Positions 23,205 to 31,136 of a DNA stretch of 36,855 nucleotides are shown in pieces; the stretch's first letter is position 1; each line of letters starts with the position of its first letter. The translations under genes and the position numbers were made by a program. The DNA is from Patescibacteria group bacterium (lineage in GTDB: Bacteria; Patescibacteriota; Gracilibacteria; UM-FILTER-43-11): the NCBI GenBank assembly GCA_029260985.1, contig JAJDCE010000061.1, positions 1 through 36,855 on the forward strand. The letters are read 5' to 3'. The notes under the pieces are model-generated. The model was not told the origin of the DNA, did not search any database, and was given only the letters and a program-made list of their open reading frames with translations.

Positions 23205-26200
23205 TTATTTAACCTGAAGAACAGCGTCTTCAGTTAACTCTCCGTAAACGGTATTGGTCGCGCGTACCTTAATACGCACCCTACCGGAATCAACACCGGT
23301 AAAAACAGATGAAGCCTTGGAATCTTCGGCCGTCACTGGATTTGGAGTGAATTGACCACTGCCATCTGCAACTTCAAAGTAAACAATACCTTTATAAGGA
23401 GTTCCATCTGCATTCAAAACCGTAACATTCACATCAGCCGTACCCCCTTTCTGAACCGTTGAAGGAGCAACCTCAATATCCACGGTTGTAAGTGGATTCC
23501 GGGGTGCCGTTACCTTTAAGGATTGATAAGTATTTCTTAAACGATCCTCATCGGTCAAACTTAGGTTAATATCCCGAACCACAACGCCTTCTGACCCCAA
23601 TGAGTCCTTTACTTTCAGGCGCACTCGGTAATTAGCTTTAGCATCATAAATAAAACCTGGCTGCATTTCAGTCGATTGCACATCATCATCCTTCGTTCCA
23701 TTTCCATTAGCATCATCATCAATATCAAAATCCCATTCATACCGAAGGGTAGTGTCAGAAAGAGAGGGGTCAAAGCGCGAATGACCGCCATCAAAAGTCA
23801 CTTTGGTTTCATCAATAGAATAAGTAAAAGCGGCTTGAGGTAATGAATCGGTTGATTCCACAAAAACTGCTTTAGTCGCGCTACTCGATAGTCCTCGATG
23901 CACCACTTTAAGGCGTACATCGTATTCTCCCGGTGTATTGAACTGCCGGTTCACCTGAGCACCCGAAGTTGTATCATCAAATTCGCCATCGCCGTCAAAA
24001 TCCCATCGGAAAGCGTCGGAAGGGAGTTCTTCACCTTGAGGGTCATAAGACTTTGAGATAAAAGTAATGCTATCTCCTGTGCTAATAGTGGTTTTATCTA
24101 GAGTAAACTCAGCCACTGGCGACAGATTCGGACCATTTTTTACATCCATATAGCTGACTTCACCAAAGCGTTCAACAGTGCTATACACCCCGTTATCATT
24201 ATCGGTAACCTCCACCACAAAGAAGTAGCGATTAACAATGTCAGCCTCTCCAAAAGACGTAATGGTCATATTCGTTTCAGAAGTCGAAGTACTATGAGTT
24301 CCAAGCTTTGCGCCTTCGAATCCATCCCGATAATACCACCAACGGTATTTTTTAATCGTACCATCCAAATCTTTTGGATTGATGACCTTAAGTTTTATTT
24401 TGGTTGGCGTGACAAGTTCATCAATCGCATCTGCCAAAATAGGTGGAGTAATCACAAAATCCTTAATCTCAGGAAGCTGATTGATCACTTTAAAATAAGC
24501 AATATCCTCCTGACTCAAACTCCCTTTCAGTTGGTCTTTAACCACCAGGCTAACTGAGAAACATTCCCCCTCACGGTTAATCTCATCAAATTTATAACGG
24601 GTCTGTTTCTGACTGCTCTTTTCACCACCAGGAAGCTTCCAGTCATACAGTAACAAACGGGATGATCCATCGGTATTAATGGAATCTTTTGCATCCAAAA
24701 GGATGCTGTCCATTCGAGTCACTACTGCCGCATCCTTTCCCTCACCACAAAGATCTTCTACCAATAGTGGCTGCCGACCATTCGTTGTATGAGTGATTGC
24801 TGCCACAGGCTCATCGGTAGAACCGACCAGAATCCGAAGCGTATCGACATTATCATTATCATCTTTGTCGAAGAAGTTCATTCGAACCGTGAATTTACCC
24901 GTCTTATCATAAGTATGTGAAATAGTTGTTTCTTCTGTACTATCGGTTTCATCATCTCCAAATTCCCAAAGGTAGGCTACAGAATTGGAACTCTCGGCGG
25001 TAAACTGGATAGGTTCACCCACTCGGGTGGCACGCTTATCCACTTTAATATCACCTACTAAAACCGATTGAATGGAAACGTTCTTATTTACCTGACGGTG
25101 TTTACCAAAAGCATCTTTGACTTGAAGCACCACATTGTATTCACCTACCTGCAGGTACTCATGAGTCGCCAAAGCCTCTTTCTTATCAACGAGTTCAAAA
25201 TCGCCATCCCCGTCAAAATCCCATGAAAACGTGATCACATCACCGGAATCCGGGTCATAACTGTTGATCGCATTAAACTCAACCCGATTAGGGTGATTTT
25301 TTTCCGGGATATTATAGTTAAAACTGGCCACAGGATCTCTGGAAAGCACTTTAAGAACATCAACAAATTTATCCTGAGTTCCAAGAATATCGGTTACCAC
25401 TAACGTGATTTTATAATCACCGGGCTTAGCAAAGCGATGAGTAAAACTGCTTTCACTGTTATCCAGCACTTTTTTACCGTCAGCATCTTCAATCTTCCAA
25501 TCAAAACTCTTGATCACTCCATCGTCACTTCGTGAGCCGGCTCCTGAGAATTTAAACTCTGTATTCACATTAGACGAAGGTGGAGAAACCGTAATATCCG
25601 CTGCAAGTGATTTAACATTCAATTTAACCACTGCTGAATCCTTGGTTCCCAGATTATCGGTGACAGTAAGCTTGAGGGTATATTCCCCTTTCTTAGCATA
25701 CGTATGAACCACCGTCGTTGGGCTATTCCGAACATCGAGAGTTGCATCACCAAAATTCCATTCATACTTTTCAATTTTACGACCCAAAGACGCCTTAGTG
25801 GGCGAAGGGTCAATCGAAAGACCTGCCTGGGCTTCCTTTAACGTTACATTAAAGAAATCCTTAGCTTGTTTTCCGTTGATTCTAAACGCTACATTCGATG
25901 TAGGAGGTTGAGCCTTGATCCGAACCACCGAAACGCCGTCAGCAGCCGTTTTATAGCCATCAGCATCCTTCTGAGAAGTAGAAGCTCTGAGACGAACCGC
26001 ATACGAATTCGGTTTAGTGAATTCATGAAGCACTACGGGATCTGACCCAAGTGACACTTCATTGCCTGAATTATCAAGGAATGACCATTTGTATTCACTG
26101 ATCGTTCCACCCGTTGGATCCACACTATCAAGTCCATCCAACTGAACCGTAAAAGGCACATTGCCAACCCCGGGAGTCGCTGTTATTCGGGCTTTAACAA

Positions 26201-27197
26201 TAGGATATTTGCGAATCAGTTCTTTGAGCTTTTTATATTTAGCCTCAAAGCGCCTGTATTTAACCTGATCAGCTGGGCTATCGATCACATCATCAAGAGC
26301 TTTTGAAGTTTCATCATAAGAAGTAATGATTTCCTTAGATTCAGGCATATTCTTTCTGAGTTCATCCAGCTGATCCCTGAGTATCTTAAGTCGAGTCAGG
26401 CCGCTTAAAAATTGTTCTAAACGCACCACTTCTTCCGGAGTCAAGCCATACTTTCCTGGATTGTTAATCATGTCTCGGATGTTCTCGATTTTTTTATCGA
26501 TCGTATTGCCATTTTTTAGTGCTTCATCAACCTTTTTCTTTGCGGCTTCAGATAGCTTTTTGTCGTTTAGATTAAGGTCATTCTCAAGCCCCTTCATCGT
26601 TTCATCCATCTTATCTGTGTTCTTTTTAGAGGCTGGCTCTGCCTCACTGCCTGTCACAGAATTCTTATCTTTCACTGGATCCTCCTTAAGGGCTTCACAA
26701 ACACTGTTTAAACAGTTGTAGCCTCCAGGACAATCAGCGCTAGTGGTACACGCAATGGCAGAACTCGGTGGAGTAACTGTTTCAGTCCCTGCAGAAGAAG
26801 TAATAAATCTTACAATTGAAAAAGAAAGAATTACCACTACAATCCCCAAAGCAGCATAGGTCATAATTTTCTTCGCCTTCGTAATCATCTCCTCATTCCC
26901 ACCGCTAAGCACCCAAAGTACACCCGCATAGATGAACGCTAAAGTGGCAAAGAAGCCCAGGAAGCTGATAAAATAATTCACCATAGCCAGCAAGGTATCT
27001 CCAAATGATTTCTTAGAGATTGACGAGCTGATTTCTACCGTACCAGAGCCCTGTGGTATTGAAAGCCCTGAACCTCCTGTAGAAAGATTACCCGCTAACG
27101 CTTCAGGAACAGTATTCACTAAAACCACAGCCAATATCATCATTATAAAAACGACTGAAAAAGATTTTAGCCAGTGCTTTAGATTAAAACATTTCAT
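23205..27197 (-). CDS. giant surface protein: N-terminal VirB2/TrbC-like pilin domain fused to a Cys motif, a coiled coil, at least 9 PKD-like repeats and a C-terminal Big-like domain
   Basis: 1330 aa. Residues ~60-130 (FGDTLLAMVNYFISFLGFFATLAFIYAGVLWVLSGGNEEMITKAKKIMTYAALGIVVVILSFSIVRFI) are paralogous to the adjacent 144-aa protein. Repeated [YF].W.F.D motifs occur throughout. Confidence 0.88.
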   Translation of the reverse strand: MKCFNLKHWLKSFSVVFIMMILAVVLVNTVPEALAGNLSTGGSGLSIPQGSGTVEISSSISKKSFGDTLLAMVNYFISFLGFFATLAFIYAGVLWVLSGGNEEMITKAKKIMTYAALGIVVVILSFSIVRFITSSAGTETVTPPSSAIACTTSADCPGGYNCLNSVCEALKEDPVKDKNSVTGSEAEPASKKNTDKMDETMKGLENDLNLNDKKLSEAAKKKVDEALKNGNTIDKKIENIRDMINNPGKYGLTPEEVVRLEQFLSGLTRLKILRDQLDELRKNMPESKEIITSYDETSKALDDVIDSPADQVKYRRFEAKYKKLKELIRKYPIVKARITATPGVGNVPFTVQLDGLDSVDPTGGTISEYKWSFLDNSGNEVSLGSDPVVLHEFTKPNSYAVRLRASTSQKDADGYKTAADGVSVVRIKAQPPTSNVAFRINGKQAKDFFNVTLKEAQAGLSIDPSPTKASLGRKIEKYEWNFGDATLDVRNSPTTVVHTYAKKGEYTLKLTVTDNLGTKDSAVVKLNVKSLAADITVSPPSSNVNTEFKFSGAGSRSDDGVIKSFDWKIEDADGKKVLDNSESSFTHRFAKPGDYKITLVVTDILGTQDKFVDVLKVLSRDPVASFNYNIPEKNHPNRVEFNAINSYDPDSGDVITFSWDFDGDGDFELVDKKEALATHEYLQVGEYNVVLQVKDAFGKHRQVNKNVSIQSVLVGDIKVDKRATRVGEPIQFTAESSNSVAYLWEFGDDETDSTEETTISHTYDKTGKFTVRMNFFDKDDNDNVDTLRILVGSTDEPVAAITHTTNGRQPLLVEDLCGEGKDAAVVTRMDSILLDAKDSINTDGSSRLLLYDWKLPGGEKSSQKQTRYKFDEINREGECFSVSLVVKDQLKGSLSQEDIAYFKVINQLPEIKDFVITPPILADAIDELVTPTKIKLKVINPKDLDGTIKKYRWWYYRDGFEGAKLGTHSTSTSETNMTITSFGEADIVNRYFFVVEVTDNDNGVYSTVERFGEVSYMDVKNGPNLSPVAEFTLDKTTISTGDSITFISKSYDPQGEELPSDAFRWDFDGDGEFDDTTSGAQVNRQFNTPGEYDVRLKVVHRGLSSSATKAVFVESTDSLPQAAFTYSIDETKVTFDGGHSRFDPSLSDTTLRYEWDFDIDDDANGNGTKDDDVQSTEMQPGFIYDAKANYRVRLKVKDSLGSEGVVVRDINLSLTDEDRLRNTYQSLKVTAPRNPLTTVDIEVAPSTVQKGGTADVNVTVLNADGTPYKGIVYFEVADGSGQFTPNPVTAEDSKASSVFTGVDSGRVRIKVRATNTVYGELTEDAVLQVK

Positions 27198-27201
27198 AAA
27201 T

Positions 27202-27636
27202 TTACTGTTTCTGAATACCCGTTACCAGCTCCTGGGTAAGGAGTTGGACAATGCTGTAAGAAAGAATCACAACAATCAGGCCGAGTACCGCATAAATCAT
27301 CACCTTCTTGGCCTTCTGAACCTGCTCATCATTACCATAAGCCGTGATATACAAAACCCCAGCGTAAACAAAGCCGACAAAAGCCGCAATCGCCAGGAAC
27401 GGTAAGGCAAAATTCACATATTTTAGCACCAAATCTCCTACATCACTCGTTCCAGTCACCCCACTACCCTCAAGAGAACCTTTAATATTATCCACTCCCG
27501 ACTGAGTATCTGTCTTTGTTTTATCTTCAGAGCCCTTAAAGATCTGAGCCAACCCCTTAGGCGCAAAAGCAAAAAACAGCACCATCACTGAGATGATTCT
27601 GCTATAAACATTTTGAATTATTTGTGCAATTTTCAT
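27202..27636 (-). CDS. VirB2/TrbC-like (T4SS-pilin-type) small membrane protein
   Basis: 144 aa. Signal peptide ending GLAQ, then two TM helices joined by a short basic loop (YGNDEQVQKAKK). This architecture matches conjugative-pilin-like proteins abundant in CPR genomes. Confidence 0.75.
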   Translation of the reverse strand: MKIAQIIQNVYSRIISVMVLFFAFAPKGLAQIFKGSEDKTKTDTQSGVDNIKGSLEGSGVTGTSDVGDLVLKYVNFALPFLAIAAFVGFVYAGVLYITAYGNDEQVQKAKKVMIYAVLGLIVVILSYSIVQLLTQELVTGIQKQ

Positions 27637-27669
27637 TTTTATTTCTGAACCTTAAGTGCGTGTAATTGG

Positions 27670-27704
27670 GCTTAAAGCTTAAAGCTTACTGCTTACGGCT
27701 TTTT
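27670..27704. repeat. tandem heptamers GCTTAAA GCTTAAA GCTTACT GCTTACG GCTTTTT in the pilin-gene leader
   Basis: Read directly. Lies between the predicted TSS (~27710) and the ATG at 27636. Confidence 0.85.
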
Positions 27705-27716
27705 ATGTTTCTTTAT

Positions 27717-27745
27717 ATTATAGCAAATTTGACCCAGATTTGCAA
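27717..27745 (-). promoter_or_regulatory. promoter TTGCAA-N17-TGcTATAAT (extended -10) for the pilin/PKD operon
   Basis: Reverse complement of 27740-27745 is TTGCAA and of 27717-27722 is TATAAT, preceded by TGc. Confidence 0.65.
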
Positions 27746-27877
27746 GATTTCTACCCTCCTTGGAGCTAGCCCCTAATGATTCTCATGATTCCAATTGTAT
27801 TTTGACAGCATATGTAAACCCTTTCAAATCCTGCTAATCAATCCTGAAAATCCGCTAAATCAAGAGGATCAACGGTC

Positions 27878-27904
27878 AAAAACCCACCCTCAATTGAGAG
27901 CGGG
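27878..27904 (-). terminator. intrinsic terminator after the sigma-r4/HARE-HTH gene
   Basis: Minus strand reads CCCGCTCTC-AATT-GAGGGTGGG (9 bp including 2 G-U pairs) followed by TTTTT, 24 nt after the stop at 27928. Confidence 0.65.
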
Positions 27905-27927
27905 CTTCTTTAATTTAAAACAAATGA

Positions 27928-29076
27928 TTATTTAAGTTTCAGGTCTAGATCATAAACAGCGCGACCAACACGGATAAAGTGTGGATTTTTCTGAAGATTT
28001 AGACTGATAGTGCCGATTTTAACCTTACGCTGCTTTAACACCATTTCAACGATCTTCTTTTTAGGCATCGCTCCGTTTTTCTCGAGTAATTTCTCGATAA
28101 CATCAGAAACCGTTCCGGGCTCATAACCCCAGGTAGAAAGGGCGTAAAGTCCGCGTCCGACCAAAACGAATTGGTCATAACGGATCAGTTCGTTGTGAAC
28201 CGCTTGAACCGTTACCATTTTCTTATCAAAACCGGTTTCAGCAATACGATTCGCAATCTCAACAAAGTGAAGTGGCTTTTTAGACTTTTCCAGAACGATA
28301 ATAGCCTTATCACGAATAGATCGAGGATTCACATGTCTCCATTCCATCAAGCCCCATTTTCCGTCTACATTGCGGGCTCTTTTATCAGTTTTGAGACAAG
28401 AGATAATCAATTGACTTGAAACAGCTTTCTCTTTGAATAAATTGAGGTTTTTGACCACAGAAATAATCTGATCTTCTGTCATAACATCCCCTGTTTTCTT
28501 CAAAGTACTGATAGAAGCTTCGGCGATCTTTCGAACCTCCTTAAGGGCAATTTCTTTAAACATCCAGAACGCTTCAGAAGTAGCCGTTCGAGGAGATTTT
28601 CGAAGCTCTGAATCGCAGTTTAATGATAGAACAATAATACTGCCATCTACTTGAGATTTGCTATAAATGCTTTGAAGCATCTTATTGATGATCTCAGATT
28701 CAAGCATCACGCCTCCTTCTTCTTCAATAAATTGCTTAGCAAGACGGTTTACAAGTCTAAGTTTAGTATTGCTAACCGTTCGGCGAAGCTTATTCAAAGC
28801 AATATTCTCAATCTGGCGAATTCGTTCTCGGGTAACAGAATAATGACGACCAATCTTATCAAGGGTCTGCCTTGGTTTATTATTAAGACTGAAACGCTTA
28901 ATAATAACGTCTTTTTCTTTGTCCGTTAAAACCAAGAACATATCATCAATCACTTCCTTAAGGTCAAGATCATTTTCTTGAAGGACTGCCAGTGCTGGAT
29001 TTACCTTGGAATCCTGTTGGTTCGATGTACTTTGCATAAAATCTAAAGGGTTATGACTTATTTGTTTGGAGGACAA
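27928..29076 (-). CDS. sigma-70 region-4 domain plus HARE-HTH domain DNA-binding protein
   Basis: LTDKEKDVIIKRFSL...QTLDKIGRHYSVTRERIRQIENIALNKLRR is sigma region 4 (HTH). The C-terminal HFVEIANRI.....VHNELIRYDQFVLVGRGLYAL..WGY resembles the HARE-HTH of the RNAP delta subunit. TTG start, with an alternative ATG at 29037. Confidence 0.8.
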   Translation of the reverse strand: MSSKQISHNPLDFMQSTSNQQDSKVNPALAVLQENDLDLKEVIDDMFLVLTDKEKDVIIKRFSLNNKPRQTLDKIGRHYSVTRERIRQIENIALNKLRRTVSNTKLRLVNRLAKQFIEEEGGVMLESEIINKMLQSIYSKSQVDGSIIVLSLNCDSELRKSPRTATSEAFWMFKEIALKEVRKIAEASISTLKKTGDVMTEDQIISVVKNLNLFKEKAVSSQLIISCLKTDKRARNVDGKWGLMEWRHVNPRSIRDKAIIVLEKSKKPLHFVEIANRIAETGFDKKMVTVQAVHNELIRYDQFVLVGRGLYALSTWGYEPGTVSDVIEKLLEKNGAMPKKKIVEMVLKQRKVKIGTISLNLQKNPHFIRVGRAVYDLDLKLK

Positions 29077-29203
29077 ATGAATGTAGACAAACCTTATCTT
29101 AATAAAGTTTTTTTGGAGGCGTCAAGTAGATCATTTTAAGCCGAATGAATCCTGACGATCTGTCTCCTACAAATACCAATTAATAACGGTTAAAAAGGTA
29201 CTT

Positions 29204-29231
29204 ATTATATATCAATTAAATAATTTGTCAA
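29204..29231 (-). promoter_or_regulatory. promoter TTGACA-N16-TATAAT (exact consensus)
   Basis: Reverse complement of 29226-29231 is TTGACA (abutting the TAG of the upstream mini-ORF) and of 29204-29209 is TATAAT. Gives a ~120-nt leader before 29076. Confidence 0.65.
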
Positions 29232-29378
29232 CTATTTTTCTGACTTTATTAATTCACGGCGTTCTGCTTTACGTAAACGAGCCTTTTCCTTATTGCGGCG
29301 AACGCGCAATTTACTCTTAGGGCGTTGAACGGCGGCAGAACTCAAACCATGCTGTTTACTGGAAGATTTATTAGACAT
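29232..29378 (-). CDS. 48-aa highly basic small protein (hypothetical, possibly ribosome- or nucleic-acid-associated)
   Basis: MSNKSSSKQHGLSSAAVQRPKSKLRVRRNKEKARLRKAERRELIKSEK. Below the ORF-track cutoff. Candidate promoter TTGACA-N18-TAAGCT at 29407-29436. Confidence 0.45.
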   Translation of the reverse strand: MSNKSSSKQHGLSSAAVQRPKSKLRVRRNKEKARLRKAERRELIKSEK

Positions 29379-29515
29379 AAAAGAAAACATGTAAAAACTG
29401 GAACTAAGCTTAACGGGTAATTACCCTACCTGTCAAGGGCCAAGTTAAATCGTAATAAAACATCTAAATATGTCTTGTTTAAGCCATTTTTAGATAAAAG
29501 AGCCTTGAAGTTTAT

Positions 29516-30295
29516 CTAAAATTCCATCTGAATTCCAACCGGGCAATGATCAGAACCCATCACTTCAGGGAGAATAAAAGCGTCCTTGAGGTTCTTTTTG
29601 AGTGCCTCCTGCACAAAAAAGTAATCAATTCTCCAGCCCACATTCCGTTCTCGAGCTCGAGTCTTTAAATCCCACCATGAATAAAGCTCAGGCTCAGGGT
29701 GAAATTCCCGAAGACTATCAATAAACCCCTTTTCTACGACTCTATCAATCCATTTACGCTCAATCGGCAAAAAACCAGACACCTTTTCATTTGATTTAGG
29801 GCGAGCCAAATCGATCTCTTTATGAGCTGTATTCACATCACCGCAAAAAATAACCTTCTTCCGCTGCCTTCTTAAATGTTCTACATGTTCCAAAAAAGCA
29901 TCGTAAAATTCCAATTTATAGTTAAGGCGGTCCGAATCCTTCTTTCCATTTGGAAAATAAACATTCAATAAGATAAAATCCTTGAATTCAGTACTCACCA
30001 CTCGCCCCTCACAGTCAAATTTCTCCACTCCAAAACCGACTTCTACCGAAATAGGCTCTTCCTTTGTAAACGTTGCCACACCGCTATACCCCTTTCTGGT
30101 CGTAGCAGAATGCCAAAAAGAATGATATTTCTTATGATCCGTCACCTCCCTCGTCAATTGCCCCCTCTCTGCCTTAGTTTCCTGTAAACAAAGTACATCA
30201 GGCTTTTCTTTGTCCAGCCATTCTAAAAAGCCTTTTTTGAGTTGGGCTCTTATGCCATTAACGTTCCAGCTTAAAATTTTTATTTTTTTAGTCAT
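29516..30295 (-). CDS. xth: exodeoxyribonuclease III (AP endonuclease)
   Basis: SWNVNGIRA, CLQETK, NAG-like and GSDHCPV motifs. 259 aa. Confidence 0.92.
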   Translation of the reverse strand: MTKKIKILSWNVNGIRAQLKKGFLEWLDKEKPDVLCLQETKAERGQLTREVTDHKKYHSFWHSATTRKGYSGVATFTKEEPISVEVGFGVEKFDCEGRVVSTEFKDFILLNVYFPNGKKDSDRLNYKLEFYDAFLEHVEHLRRQRKKVIFCGDVNTAHKEIDLARPKSNEKVSGFLPIERKWIDRVVEKGFIDSLREFHPEPELYSWWDLKTRARERNVGWRIDYFFVQEALKKNLKDAFILPEVMGSDHCPVGIQMEF

Positions 30296-30374
30296 TTTAC
30301 TTGGTTAAATCCAATTCAATATAACACAAACTAATCCCACCACTATAATTGAGAAATTAGTAGGCTTGAAAAAT

Positions 30375-30409
30375 AAAAAAAAGCCCGAATCCGGTACGGC
30401 AGGCTTTTT
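30375..30409. terminator. bidirectional-looking intrinsic terminator (A8 - GC hairpin - T5)
   Basis: aaaaaaaa gcccgaatccggtacggcaggc ttttt. On the minus strand the stem AGCCTG/CGGGCT is followed by T8. Confidence 0.55.
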
Positions 30410-30506
30410 AAGGAGGGTGGTTCGTAGCACATCCTTGCTACTATCTACGACCTATTAACTATTTGTTTTAACAGGTTCGTAGTAGCCTTCTGTACTATCT
30501 ACGACC
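30375..30506 (-). ncRNA. candidate ~130-nt small RNA: two homologous stem-loops, a CCUCCUU single-stranded tract, and a terminator
   Basis: Direct repeats 30419-30452 and 30474-30506 share ggttcgtag...tactatctacgacc and each folds (GGTCGTAG/CTACGAACC). A promoter lies 7 nt upstream and the terminator lies at the 3' end. Confidence 0.4.
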
Positions 30507-30512
30507 ACCCAC

Positions 30513-30541
30513 AATTTACCATGTATAAATTTTGTATGCAA
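30513..30541 (-). promoter_or_regulatory. promoter TTGCAT-N17-TAAATT
   Basis: Reverse complement of 30536-30541 is TTGCAT and of 30513-30518 is TAAATT. Lies 59 nt downstream of the thioredoxin-like gene stop. Confidence 0.4.
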
Positions 30542-30599
30542 GCCCTTTTTAGTTAAAATGATCCTTATATTAAAGACTTAGACTTGCAATAGAAATAAA

Positions 30600-31094
30600 T
30601 TATGTCGAAAGAAAAGTTTTGAAATCGCCTACAGACTTTGGCCCCATGGTTCGTTTCACCTCCTTTCCATCCTTCAAAAGGATGAGGGTAGATTGAGAAT
30701 TAACCCCAAATTCCCTCTTTTGAGCCGTAGCCTTATCGTAATTCAGCTTAAAACCAACAATATCCTTATTATTTAGCTCTTTAAAAGCTGCTTTTGCTTT
30801 AGGCTCGTTTCCGATACAAACTGAACACCAGTCCGCATGAAAATCCAGCATCACGGTTTTTCCGTCTTCAAGAGCGCTTGCATACGCTGAAGGAGTAAAA
30901 GCCTGAAGAATACCAGCAACGTAACCGCTATCAGATTTTTCAACCGCTACGGTATTAGCATTCGCTTCAGAGTCTGACGTTGAAACGCGGGAAGTGTTAT
31001 AGATGGCAACAGCCACGACTCCGATAATAAATAAAACCACAAGCGGAGTAACAAAGCCCTGTGGTTTACATGATTTCGATTGTGCGTTTTTCAT
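30600..31094 (-). CDS. membrane-anchored thioredoxin-fold thiol:disulfide oxidoreductase (TlpA-like)
   Basis: N-terminal TM anchor and a WCSVC active site (FHADWCSVC). 164 aa. Confidence 0.8.
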   Translation of the reverse strand: MKNAQSKSCKPQGFVTPLVVLFIIGVVAVAIYNTSRVSTSDSEANANTVAVEKSDSGYVAGILQAFTPSAYASALEDGKTVMLDFHADWCSVCIGNEPKAKAAFKELNNKDIVGFKLNYDKATAQKREFGVNSQSTLILLKDGKEVKRTMGPKSVGDFKTFLST

Positions 31095-31136
31095 AATTTT
31101 ATTAGGTTAAAGAATAATCACACGAGCCCACTTTAA

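Noticed and set aside
16853-27197. Diversity-generating retroelement targeting the PKD genes (template/variable repeat pair with A-specific mismatches).
   Set aside because: No reverse transcriptase ORF occurs in the window. I could not see any near-identical ~100-nt DNA repeat pair; the PKD repeats are diverged at the nucleotide level.
27812-27817. Plus-strand TTGACA in the spacer between the sigma-like gene and the pilin gene.
   Set aside because: No acceptable -10 lies at 16-18 nt, and there is no plus-strand gene downstream.
30419-30506. Possible CRISPR array (two 33-34-nt direct repeats) and, elsewhere, heptamer arrays as CRISPR-like repeats.
   Set aside because: There are only two repeat copies, separated by a 21-nt spacer, and no cas genes or leader. 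The heptamer units are far too short and have no spacers.
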